Shown piece after piece: positions 19,059 through 27,845 of a DNA stretch of 64,000 nt; the first letter of the stretch is position 1; each line of letters opens with the position of its first letter. Source of the stretch: a virus (lineage: Duplodnaviria > Caudoviricetes); IMG/VR virus record IMGVR_UViG_3300021979_000003, positions 96,001 to 160,000 of that record. One strand, given 5' to 3'. Made by a program: the position numbers and the translations under genes. Under the pieces are notes generated by a model that worked only from the letters and a program-made list of their open reading frames with translations, made no database searches and was not told the origin of the DNA.

Positions 19059-20837
19059 TTTTTCGTTAAGGACATTGTTTATATCTTTAAGCATGTCCTT
19101 AGCTCTTTCCATTTCAGAATCATAGTCAACAACCACATCAGGATATTGATTCAAGAACCACATGAAGATCAACATTTCCTTAACACGTTGTTCAAGATCG
19201 CTTACTGACAGTGAACTAGGTACGCACATAGGACACTGTAAGTTATGTTGTTCTAGCATCTGTTTTACGTAAAGCTTGAATACCGGCATGTCTTTATCGA
19301 TATCAATGGGGCAATTGATAAGCCTATGGAATTCCTTAACCTTCTCTGGATATGTTTTTTCTAAGAATTTGGCAATCATAATCTTATTTTCCATATCGCC
19401 ATGAACAAACATGGAACTTTCAGGGAATCGAGTGTTTTCAGACCAATCAGATAGGATTGTACTTAGGTTATATTTTTCCATGAGCTTATGAATATAATCA
19501 TCAGTGGGTTGGACTTTAAATTTACCATCCTCAATGAACAGTGTTGATTTCATAGCGTCCCTAATATAATTCAAAGAGTCCTTGTTGGTTGCTCCTACAT
19601 ATCCAACGTCAAATATACCATACCTTCCTGCTCTACCTGAGATTTGCTTGGTTAGCATATCACCTAATACGGTGTTGGTTTTACCATTATATTTTTCGTG
19701 CGTAGTAAAAAGTATATGCTCTATTGGTAGGTTCAATCCCATACCTATTGCATCAGTGGTTATCAAAACATCAGTCTCACCATTGATATATCTCTCAGCT
19801 TGAAGCTTGCGTACATCAGAACCAAGTGCACCATAAATCAAAGATGCTTTAACATTCTTAGGCAATTGCTTTTTAAGCTTAAAGATATCTCTTCTCGAAA
19901 ACGTAACAAGTGCTGTATTTTTCTTTATATTATTGATATTAGTAGGATTTCTATCTATTTTTAGCTTAGACTTCCTATCGAAGTGTTTTATTTCTACTTC
20001 ATCATCAAGATATTCTGCTATTTGTTTGATACGTTCATCGTATTCTTTTGGACCGGTTACAATAATAGTTCCTGCGTTCGCACCTACCAATGCTTGAATA
20101 AATGCCCATCCTCTATCAGGATCATCTATCATTTGGATTTCATCGATTATTATTAAATCATAGTCGTTATTGAAGTTGAAGCATTCAACAGTAGATGACA
20201 CACATTGATTATTTTCCACATATCGCCTTTCTTCACCAGTCACCAAAGAGGTTGGTATACCACGGTCATTTAGATAATCATAGTTCTCAAGTGCTAGAAG
20301 ACGCAACGGTGCAAGATATGCAGTATTAAAATTATTAGCTAACTCACTTAATGCCTGAAAGGTTTTTCCTGAATTTGTCTCGCCAAGGTGAGCAACAATC
20401 TTTCTCTTACGCTTCCTAGCCAATGGGAACACATCAGGATAATCAATTACATTCTCGAAATCACTTAATTCATTATCAATAGATGTTTTTTCTATCTGTT
20501 CGATGAGTTCTTTCTGTATCCTTTTAATTTTTTTGTTGTAAGAGTCCACATCTTGTAAGATTGGAACTATATCATTTGGATGTAAATTTTTATAATTATC
20601 CACACAGGATTCTACTATTTTGACTAATTCCTGTTCTTTAGATAACAATTTTGATGTTATGGACTGAAGTTCTTTACTTACATTAGTACTTTTAGGTGTG
20701 TGATTTATTTCCAGTTGATAAGATATGTCATTGATTTTAGTTATTTTATATATGCTATCGTTCTTTAGTTCTATTCCTTCATTGAGTAGTGCTTTGCTTA
20801 ATTCCTTATGTACTTTACGTATTCGACTTGATTTCAT
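19047..20837 (-). CDS. Suv3-family SF2 RNA/DNA helicase
   Basis: HLGETNSGKT, YLAPLRLLA, LVTGEE, STVE, IIDEIQM..D.DRGWA, FSRR, IYGAL, TDAIGMGLNLPI, KQISGRAGRYG. Confidence 0.88.
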   Translation of the reverse strand: MKSSRIRKVHKELSKALLNEGIELKNDSIYKITKINDISYQLEINHTPKSTNVSKELQSITSKLLSKEQELVKIVESCVDNYKNLHPNDIVPILQDVDSYNKKIKRIQKELIEQIEKTSIDNELSDFENVIDYPDVFPLARKRKRKIVAHLGETNSGKTFQALSELANNFNTAYLAPLRLLALENYDYLNDRGIPTSLVTGEERRYVENNQCVSSTVECFNFNNDYDLIIIDEIQMIDDPDRGWAFIQALVGANAGTIIVTGPKEYDERIKQIAEYLDDEVEIKHFDRKSKLKIDRNPTNINNIKKNTALVTFSRRDIFKLKKQLPKNVKASLIYGALGSDVRKLQAERYINGETDVLITTDAIGMGLNLPIEHILFTTHEKYNGKTNTVLGDMLTKQISGRAGRYGIFDVGYVGATNKDSLNYIRDAMKSTLFIEDGKFKVQPTDDYIHKLMEKYNLSTILSDWSENTRFPESSMFVHGDMENKIMIAKFLEKTYPEKVKEFHRLINCPIDIDKDMPVFKLYVKQMLEQHNLQCPMCVPSSLSVSDLEQRVKEMLIFMWFLNQYPDVVVDYDSEMERAKDMLKDINNVLNEKLSK

Positions 20838-20856
20838 ATATTTTCCTTATGTACTA

Positions 20857-20884
20857 ATTATAGTTATGCATTGCGATATGTCAA
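20857..20884 (-). promoter_or_regulatory. Consensus sigma70 promoter for the Suv3-like gene
   Basis: TTGACA-N16-TATAAT exact on minus strand. Confidence 0.8.
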
Positions 20885-20885
20885 T

Positions 20886-21110
20886 TGAATTTCGTTAGAA
20901 ATTCATCGCAAGACATGTCTTGCGAATATTTATCCCTCTCCTAATATGTAACATGTTTATTATCTGTATTCCATTTCATTCCATACAGATATGAAATATC
21001 ATATAGATATTTCTATTCATCAATAATAATATCTCTTTTGTAACTAAAACTCTTACTTTTTCTTTATAAAGAAATATAAGAAATAGGTTAGACTTTTTAG
21101 GTTAGACTTT
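20886..21110. repeat. Intergenic cluster of inverted repeats plus a 13-bp direct repeat
   Basis: IRs at 20886-20905, 20906-20925, 20961-20991, 20993-21013, 21059-21074; taggttagacttt x2 at 21084 and 21098. Confidence 0.85.
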
Positions 21111-21112
21111 CC

Positions 21113-21140
21113 TTGACAGATCAGAGCTTCATGGTAAATT
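21113..21140 (+). promoter_or_regulatory. Sigma70-type promoter (extended -10)
   Basis: TTGACA-N16 with TGn-TAAATT. Confidence 0.55.
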
Positions 21141-21183
21141 CATATCAGTCAGTAAGTCATTCAATTGTAATTTTAGGGATAAT

Positions 21184-22644
21184 ATGTCAGAGAAAACCAA
21201 ACCAATTCAATACCTTAGCTCCCTTACAGGAAGCGGCAAATCAGAACACGTAATTGATAAGATAGCCAAAGATGATCAAAAATATATAATTGTTGCACCA
21301 AACCGTGAACTATGTGATGAACTCTACGCCCGATTAATCTATTCATTTAATACCAATATAGAGCCAGAAGTAGATGCATTAGTAGTTCACCAGAATACAA
21401 ATGACAAACCATCAAAACATTTGAAGAACATTATAGAGAATAATCCTACTGTTAGGATACTCATAACAACTCATGCAGCTTTTTTCTTAATGTTGAACAA
21501 ATCTATTGATGTATCTCAGTGGAATTTGATTCTAGATGAGGAAATGCCTATATTTGAAGAACATGAAATCAACGTAACTAAGTACACCAAATCTATCATA
21601 GAAGATACCTTGAGTTTTGAGAAAGCCCCTGATAGTGGCTTCTATAACGTCAGTTTTTTGACACCTATGTTTGGGTTAAATCATAATGCTGGTGTAGTGA
21701 GGGATTCTTTTTTAAGTAATAAAGCCTTCAGCAAACTATCCAAACATATCCTCGATGACAAGTATGATACTATGGTGTCAGAGGAAAGCCTTGAATACTT
21801 TGATAATGCCGAGTTAGATACGTCAGGTAAGAAGTTTACAAAATTTTATGCTATCTCTATATTGAGAATGGAGATACTATATAAGTTTAAATCTATATTG
21901 GTGCTTTGTTCTTTCTTTGAGAAAACAGTTACTTATAAACTTCTTAAGTGTCTGGGTTGTAAGCTAGAGCCATATTACTATTTGCCTGAAATGAGAGAAC
22001 ATGCTAATACTGAGAAGATCACCATTCATTATTTCTTTGATATGAATTGGAGTACAACGCTTCGAAAGACTAAGGTCAATAAGAAAAAGACGGTAGAAGA
22101 ACTAGTATATGAGAATATTAAAGCACTTATCGGTAATGAAAAGTTCTTATACAATGCTAATGTAAACTTTCGTCAATCGATCAAAGGTGGTACACTTGCT
22201 GCATCAACACACGGTATTAACAAGTATAAGACTTATACTGAATTAGTTTTCATGCCGAGTCTGAATGCCACTAGTGCCACGGTTAAGCTTTTGTCCAAGT
22301 TTGGTATGAAGCGTCAGGACATAGACTTTGCTAGAAACGTTCTAACTGCTTATCAGTTCGCCTCTAGGGGAGCTATACGCGACGTTAATAACACCAAGGA
22401 TGTGAACCTGTATGTAATGGATAAGCGTACTGCGATGTTCCTGAAGAGCGTATTCACCAAGGCTAAAGTACAGCATCATTCTATGGATGATATTGTTAAG
22501 AACAAAGGAACAACAAAGAAGGTTCCAAATAAGGTTAAAAGTTTTATGTCTAGGGTTAGAAAACGATTAAACGATGGTGAGAACGTTCGAGGGAATACCT
22601 TAGATAAGTATAGAGAATACTATGAGGAATATTACAATGGCTGA
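21184..22644 (+). CDS. SF2 helicase-like protein (possible origin-binding/replication initiator)
   Basis: Walker A SLTGSGKS, IIVAPNREL, LITTH, Walker B LILDEE, motif VI-like YQFASRGAIR, basic C-terminal tail. Confidence 0.7.
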   Translation: MSEKTKPIQYLSSLTGSGKSEHVIDKIAKDDQKYIIVAPNRELCDELYARLIYSFNTNIEPEVDALVVHQNTNDKPSKHLKNIIENNPTVRILITTHAAFFLMLNKSIDVSQWNLILDEEMPIFEEHEINVTKYTKSIIEDTLSFEKAPDSGFYNVSFLTPMFGLNHNAGVVRDSFLSNKAFSKLSKHILDDKYDTMVSEESLEYFDNAELDTSGKKFTKFYAISILRMEILYKFKSILVLCSFFEKTVTYKLLKCLGCKLEPYYYLPEMREHANTEKITIHYFFDMNWSTTLRKTKVNKKKTVEELVYENIKALIGNEKFLYNANVNFRQSIKGGTLAASTHGINKYKTYTELVFMPSLNATSATVKLLSKFGMKRQDIDFARNVLTAYQFASRGAIRDVNNTKDVNLYVMDKRTAMFLKSVFTKAKVQHHSMDDIVKNKGTTKKVPNKVKSFMSRVRKRLNDGENVRGNTLDKYREYYEEYYNG

Positions 22645-23695
22645 TTTAACCAATATAAAATCTGCGTGGAAAACACCTACTGGATTGACTGTAACAACCT
22701 ATTCACCTACTGATATAGTGGAATTGCAGAAAGTTATTAATATGCTATTGAGTGTTAAGCAGCAAGAATACATTACCGAAATAACATTTTCCAATTGGAA
22801 CGATCCTGCTGTCAGTAAGATAGGAGTAATGATGATAACCCCTGCTATCTTCTTGTCTATAGATGATTACATGATTTTATGTGAGCATTTCAAAGATGAT
22901 AAATCACAGCACAATCATATTGATATATGTGGTAAAGACAAGTTGTACATAGATTCTAATTTCAAAACAGAATCATTTAATACTTTCTTAGAAGTTGTTC
23001 CAAAAGTAAAAGATTTGAAAGCACAATCATTAACGGACGTAAATAAATTGTTGACTGACATGCTTGCTATGAAGCCATTAACTGAAAGTTATCGTTATAC
23101 ATTTCATGAATTAGGTGGAGAATACTTAGTACATAATTCAGAATCCAGTATAAAGAATTGTATGTTTGTAATGTTATCTAAGGTATTCTCTTATTATAAC
23201 CCTCTTATCACTAACATGGAATTTCTAAAGGCTGGTGATAGAAACCTTACTTACTTTCTTTCTAATAACACTTTCATGACCAATAAGTTTGGGAAGAACC
23301 ACTATGATGACAGCACCTACGGTATGTACGCAACACTTTATTCTTCGTTTGTGGAGTATTACCGTAGGATAGCAAGGAATTTAACAGAAACCGATAGGGT
23401 AATGATTATAGACCATTATAGCCGATATGTGGTTTTCAACGAATCATTCATGAACCTTCATAAGGATTCTTGTTGTTATGTGGTTGAATATAATGATAAA
23501 AGATTTTTAGTCATTGAATCCAAAGAACAAATTAAAAATATAAAAAGCCAAGCCAATGACGTTTCTTTATCATTGTCAGATGGTATGTATGTATTGTTTG
23601 AAAAGCATCTAGATAAACTTTATAAGTTAAGTCTTTTGAGGTCTGGATGTGGTGGCTACGATGAAGTGAAGCTAAAAGATGTCCCTTTAAAATAG
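22637..23695 (+). CDS. Hypothetical protein
   Basis: ORF overlapping the helicase-like stop; SD gagga before ATG 22637. Confidence 0.65.
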   Translation: MADLTNIKSAWKTPTGLTVTTYSPTDIVELQKVINMLLSVKQQEYITEITFSNWNDPAVSKIGVMMITPAIFLSIDDYMILCEHFKDDKSQHNHIDICGKDKLYIDSNFKTESFNTFLEVVPKVKDLKAQSLTDVNKLLTDMLAMKPLTESYRYTFHELGGEYLVHNSESSIKNCMFVMLSKVFSYYNPLITNMEFLKAGDRNLTYFLSNNTFMTNKFGKNHYDDSTYGMYATLYSSFVEYYRRIARNLTETDRVMIIDHYSRYVVFNESFMNLHKDSCCYVVEYNDKRFLVIESKEQIKNIKSQANDVSLSLSDGMYVLFEKHLDKLYKLSLLRSGCGGYDEVKLKDVPLK

Positions 23696-23908
23696 GGACA
23701 TCTTACTTAGTTTAGACATAAGTTCAATCTTTTCTTGCACGGTTTCATCTAACATTTCTAATTGATCAAACGACATAGACCATGCTTCTTCATAAGTTAC
23801 ACCACCACCGCTGTAAACCACGGCGGTTATTATTTTCTTGGTGTATGATTTTTCAATGTCACTATATCTATTCAACATTTCGATAACGTGTTTAGGCTCC
23901 GCTATCAA
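23687..23908 (-). CDS. gp51-like / tail-chaperone 'T' segment, probably expressed as a -1 frameshift extension of 23905..24792
   Basis: Only a TTG start with no SD; GGVTYEEAWSMS motif; in the -1 frame of the upstream slippery site. Confidence 0.6.
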   Translation of the reverse strand: MIAEPKHVIEMLNRYSDIEKSYTKKIITAVVYSGGGVTYEEAWSMSFDQLEMLDETVQEKIELMSKLSKMSLF

Positions 23909-23926
23909 GAGCCAGTTCCGAAAAAA
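23895..23926 (-). other. Candidate programmed -1 frameshift signal
   Basis: T TTT TTC heptamer (23926-23920), 6-nt spacer, GGCTC/GAGCC stem-loop. Confidence 0.65.
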
Positions 23927-24792
23927 TCAGTCGGATTCGTATCAAACGGCTGATCCCATTCATGTCCGCATTCAACACATTTTATTTTTTCTTCACTACG
24001 TACACCATGCTTGTTTATTTCAATTAGTTTATCTCTAATGGCTTCAAACGACTTGTTATCCAATTGCTTAAGCCATTCATAGATTTCATCACGGTCTGTT
24101 TCTACTTCGCCATCTTCAGTAACAATTCTTTGAATACAGTTAGCATATACGTCCATGGTACTCATAGTAAGGTCTTTGAATATCTCATGAATAGATGATA
24201 GAAATTTTACCTCATCTTCCTCTTCAATTTCCTTTTCAGATAGCATCTGATTTAGGTTTTGACGAATCTGTGTGATTTTCTTTTGCTCTTCAAATGCATG
24301 TGCATCTAGAGTCAATGCATCTTGGAAAGATGATGGTCTTAAGTATACTGTCAGACCATCAAGGTTTTCATGATTTATTTTATATTCTTTTTCATGAGGC
24401 TGAACCTCGGATAGTAAATTTTTCAAATTTCTGGAATATGTTTGTTCATGTTCACACTTTGGACAAGTAAGCTCAATTTCTTGTTCCTCACCCTGACTTG
24501 CTAATTTAATGGCTACTAGAAGAACATCTACGTCGGATTTAATCATTTTCTTAACATCTACGTCTGATAGTGTTGTTGAGTCTTTGATTAAGTTTTCTAT
24601 AGCAGTGCCATTTAGTAGTGCTTCTGGATTTTTAAGCATAAGGTCGTTCATCGTAGTCATTGGTAGAACACCAACTTCATTATTACTACTGATATCATTT
24701 GATGATATAAAACCGTCTTCATAAAAGTTGAAACCTGACGGTAGTTCTATATACAACTTGGGTTTTCTATAATATTTTTTAAGAGCAGACAT
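23905..24792 (-). CDS. gp26: T4 gp26-like baseplate hub assembly / tail assembly chaperone
   Basis: KPKLYIELPS, LPMTTxxDLMLKNPEALLNG, CPKC and CVEC Zn-type motifs, ends DFFGTGS. Confidence 0.75.
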   Translation of the reverse strand: MSALKKYYRKPKLYIELPSGFNFYEDGFISSNDISSNNEVGVLPMTTMNDLMLKNPEALLNGTAIENLIKDSTTLSDVDVKKMIKSDVDVLLVAIKLASQGEEQEIELTCPKCEHEQTYSRNLKNLLSEVQPHEKEYKINHENLDGLTVYLRPSSFQDALTLDAHAFEEQKKITQIRQNLNQMLSEKEIEEEDEVKFLSSIHEIFKDLTMSTMDVYANCIQRIVTEDGEVETDRDEIYEWLKQLDNKSFEAIRDKLIEINKHGVRSEEKIKCVECGHEWDQPFDTNPTDFFGTGS

Positions 24793-24869
24793 ATAATCTC
24801 ACCTATCCTCTATAATGTTTGATAAATAATTGTAGTATATTATTTATGGAAGTATAATTTGGGGTTTCT

Positions 24870-27806
24870 ATGAGCGAAGAAATGATTCTCAGCGGTGCGT
24901 TTTTTGATAACAATATGCCTAAATGGGCAACTGAGGAAACAATGAAACGCATTGGTAATGATTTGAAAAAAGACAATACGCAAACACGAAAGCAGCATGA
25001 TAAGATGATTTTGCTTTTGGGTAAGATTGTTCAAAATTCAACCAAGGAAGAAAAGACTCAAAGGGAAACCCTAAAAGAAATAAAGAATATAGCTAAGGAA
25101 ATAAAGGATTCGAACAAAACCAACAAAGAGCTTGTTAAAGAAGTTAAGAAAAGTAACAAGCTAGCTGACGAAGCCAATAAACAAGCTAAGAAAACCTCTA
25201 CTACCAACCAGAAGGGCGAGAGTATTGACACTTCTGAAATGGAAAGTCATCTATTAGATGTAAATCGTACCTTGGAAAAAATTCATCTAATGATGTCGCA
25301 GTCTAATAGTGCTATGATCAAGACCATGGAAGAACGTAATCAAATGGTGGGGCGATCAAATTTATCTAGAAATGCCAAGAAATCATCTGAATCTGAAGTT
25401 ATTAGGGATAGTTCTAGTGGTATAGACGCAATGCTTCACGACACATTAGAAGAACTACAGAGTAAAAGTGGAAGACGAAACTCAGGTAGACAACGTATTA
25501 CAAACGAAATTTCTGGATCAAAAGGACCAATTGGAAGGTTTAATGGTCGTATTGCCTCTATGCTTGGTGCTATTGGGGTGTTTGTTAAAAGAATAAAACA
25601 GTTTGGTTCAATGATACTTGACGTAATTAAGAAAATTCCATTTATTGGTACGAAGATTGCTGCTGCTATTGCTGCTGTAAGTACAGTATCTGACTTCATA
25701 GACACCATCCAAAGTTCATTGAGTGATTATAAGAGCATGATTGATCGTGGTATATCTTTTGCTAGAGCCAACGTCGAAGGCATCCGTATGGATGGCATCA
25801 TGGTTCGAAAAATGATCGGTGAGGCTGGACTTACATTAGAAGCTGGTACAGAAGCAATGAAAGAAAACATTGCCATAATTAATGAGCTTGGTGTAAAAGA
25901 CTATATGACAACTATAAAGGATGTCATGGGTAATGCTCAGAATTCCGCTTCGTTCATCAATAGAATAATGATGTCCCAAAATGATATTGCTGAATTTTCA
26001 CGCGACTATCTTAAAAGCTTAAAAATGCTTGGGGATTACGAAAGATTGAATAGTCGTGAGCGAGTGCAGGGAATCCAAAGATTTGCTAAGCATAGTCGTA
26101 TGTTCGCTCAAATGACAGGCGAATCAATTAAAGACTTGCGTGAAATAATCACTGACATGGCTTCTGATCCAAGTATAGCAACTTATCTTAGTGGTATTAC
26201 AGATCAGAATCAGAGGGGAGAAACCCAATCTTCTTTACAGCTTATAACCGCTACTTTTGGTAAAGGTTCGCCTATGCAAAAAGCGTTCATGGAAGCTATT
26301 ACTGATGTGACTGGTGCTGGATTTGCTTCTACCGATGCTTATCGCGAACTTATGATTTTATCTCAGAACATGCCAAATCAGGGTGAGTTATTGAATCAGT
26401 TACAATCTCTATCGCAAAATATTGATAGTCAAACAGCGGAAGAAACTGCAAATCAGTTGGGTAGCATAGCCGATATTCTTAGGGAAGGAATGAATGGTAT
26501 GGATGCTGATTCACGTGAAAATTTACAAATTTTGATGAGAAACAATACAAACCTAGAAGCTATCTTTGGTGGTCTGTTACAAATGCAAACCAAGTTTGCT
26601 GATAGAGAAGCTAGACAAGAAATATTAAGACAGGGCGGTATGGTTGATGAAAAGAGTACCGAAACCGTAATGCTTAACCAGCAAATGAAAACAACTGCTG
26701 AACAATCTCAGGCTGCTGTACAAGCTATGATAGCAAATGCTGCTGATAGTGATGCTTCTAGATATGCAATGGAAGCTGGTTATCGTGTAATGATTGAAGC
26801 CAACAACCTTACTGAAAAAGGTGCCCAAGCAGCGGTTACATCAGCACACGCAATGGTTGATTATCTACCAAAAATAAGCAACTACATCTATGATATCCTT
26901 GGTATTATGGATGATGATAGAAAGACCAGAAAAGAGCAAGCTGAAGAAGCTATGAATTCTAGAGATTTAGGCGCAGGAGCTAGTGCACAAAGACAGGCAC
27001 TGTTGGGTATGTTGGGAGAAAATGGATTAACTACTGGCAACTTAGACGCTAGAATTAGTACTGGTAGAGGTTCTATGCCCACAGTAGAACGAAAGTATGA
27101 TGAAAATATGGCTAGGTTTGAAAAATATGGCATGAATGCGGAGGCTTTAATGACTCAAGCACAAAGTTCCAACAGCCATGTAGCAAGCTTAGCAAGAGAC
27201 ATGCTAATGTATATGGGTTCTGAACAGATGTCTGGTGTTATATCACGTAGTGACCGTTCAGAATATCGTGATATGCTTGAACAGTTAATGGATAAAATGC
27301 CTGATGAACAGCGCGATCAATATTACGATCAGATGAATCAAAAAATGAGGTCAGGTGTTGCTGCAAGGCTTTTCCAAGCTATGTTTAAACAGAACTTTGA
27401 GAGAGTAGAAGGAAGAAACTTAACATCACAAGTAGAAGATGCACAAAGTAGTGAAGTAGAGTCTGCTAGTTCAAATGCAGCTAGTGATGCTGCACGTCAA
27501 GCTGAAGAAGCAGAAAATCAAAGACAAGCACAACGTACACAAACTCCAACGCAGAATGAATCTGGACAAGATGTCACATTTAATGAAAATGGAATACCCA
27601 ACACTATTGCTAGACAAAACGCTACCGTTGACAATCAACAGAATGGTGTTAACTTAATGGGTATTCTAAATGATAATTTGAATCTAATGAATTCGAAGCT
27701 TGATGATCTTATTGGTATAACCAAAATTAGTAGTGAAGAATCACAAAACATATTCAGAGATATAAAAATTAATACTGGTAGGAACGGCGGATCAATAAGC
27801 TCATAA
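24870..27806 (+). CDS. Tape-measure-like protein
   Basis: 978 aa, helical/coiled-coil, hydrophobic segment (IASMLGAIGVFV..IAAAIAAV), adjacent to gp26-like gene and portal. Confidence 0.6.
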   Translation: MSEEMILSGAFFDNNMPKWATEETMKRIGNDLKKDNTQTRKQHDKMILLLGKIVQNSTKEEKTQRETLKEIKNIAKEIKDSNKTNKELVKEVKKSNKLADEANKQAKKTSTTNQKGESIDTSEMESHLLDVNRTLEKIHLMMSQSNSAMIKTMEERNQMVGRSNLSRNAKKSSESEVIRDSSSGIDAMLHDTLEELQSKSGRRNSGRQRITNEISGSKGPIGRFNGRIASMLGAIGVFVKRIKQFGSMILDVIKKIPFIGTKIAAAIAAVSTVSDFIDTIQSSLSDYKSMIDRGISFARANVEGIRMDGIMVRKMIGEAGLTLEAGTEAMKENIAIINELGVKDYMTTIKDVMGNAQNSASFINRIMMSQNDIAEFSRDYLKSLKMLGDYERLNSRERVQGIQRFAKHSRMFAQMTGESIKDLREIITDMASDPSIATYLSGITDQNQRGETQSSLQLITATFGKGSPMQKAFMEAITDVTGAGFASTDAYRELMILSQNMPNQGELLNQLQSLSQNIDSQTAEETANQLGSIADILREGMNGMDADSRENLQILMRNNTNLEAIFGGLLQMQTKFADREARQEILRQGGMVDEKSTETVMLNQQMKTTAEQSQAAVQAMIANAADSDASRYAMEAGYRVMIEANNLTEKGAQAAVTSAHAMVDYLPKISNYIYDILGIMDDDRKTRKEQAEEAMNSRDLGAGASAQRQALLGMLGENGLTTGNLDARISTGRGSMPTVERKYDENMARFEKYGMNAEALMTQAQSSNSHVASLARDMLMYMGSEQMSGVISRSDRSEYRDMLEQLMDKMPDEQRDQYYDQMNQKMRSGVAARLFQAMFKQNFERVEGRNLTSQVEDAQSSEVESASSNAASDAARQAEEAENQRQAQRTQTPTQNESGQDVTFNENGIPNTIARQNATVDNQQNGVNLMGILNDNLNLMNSKLDDLIGITKISSEESQNIFRDIKINTGRNGGSISS

Positions 27807-27845
27807 ATAATAAAATAAAAGAATAACAATAATAGGATATACTTC

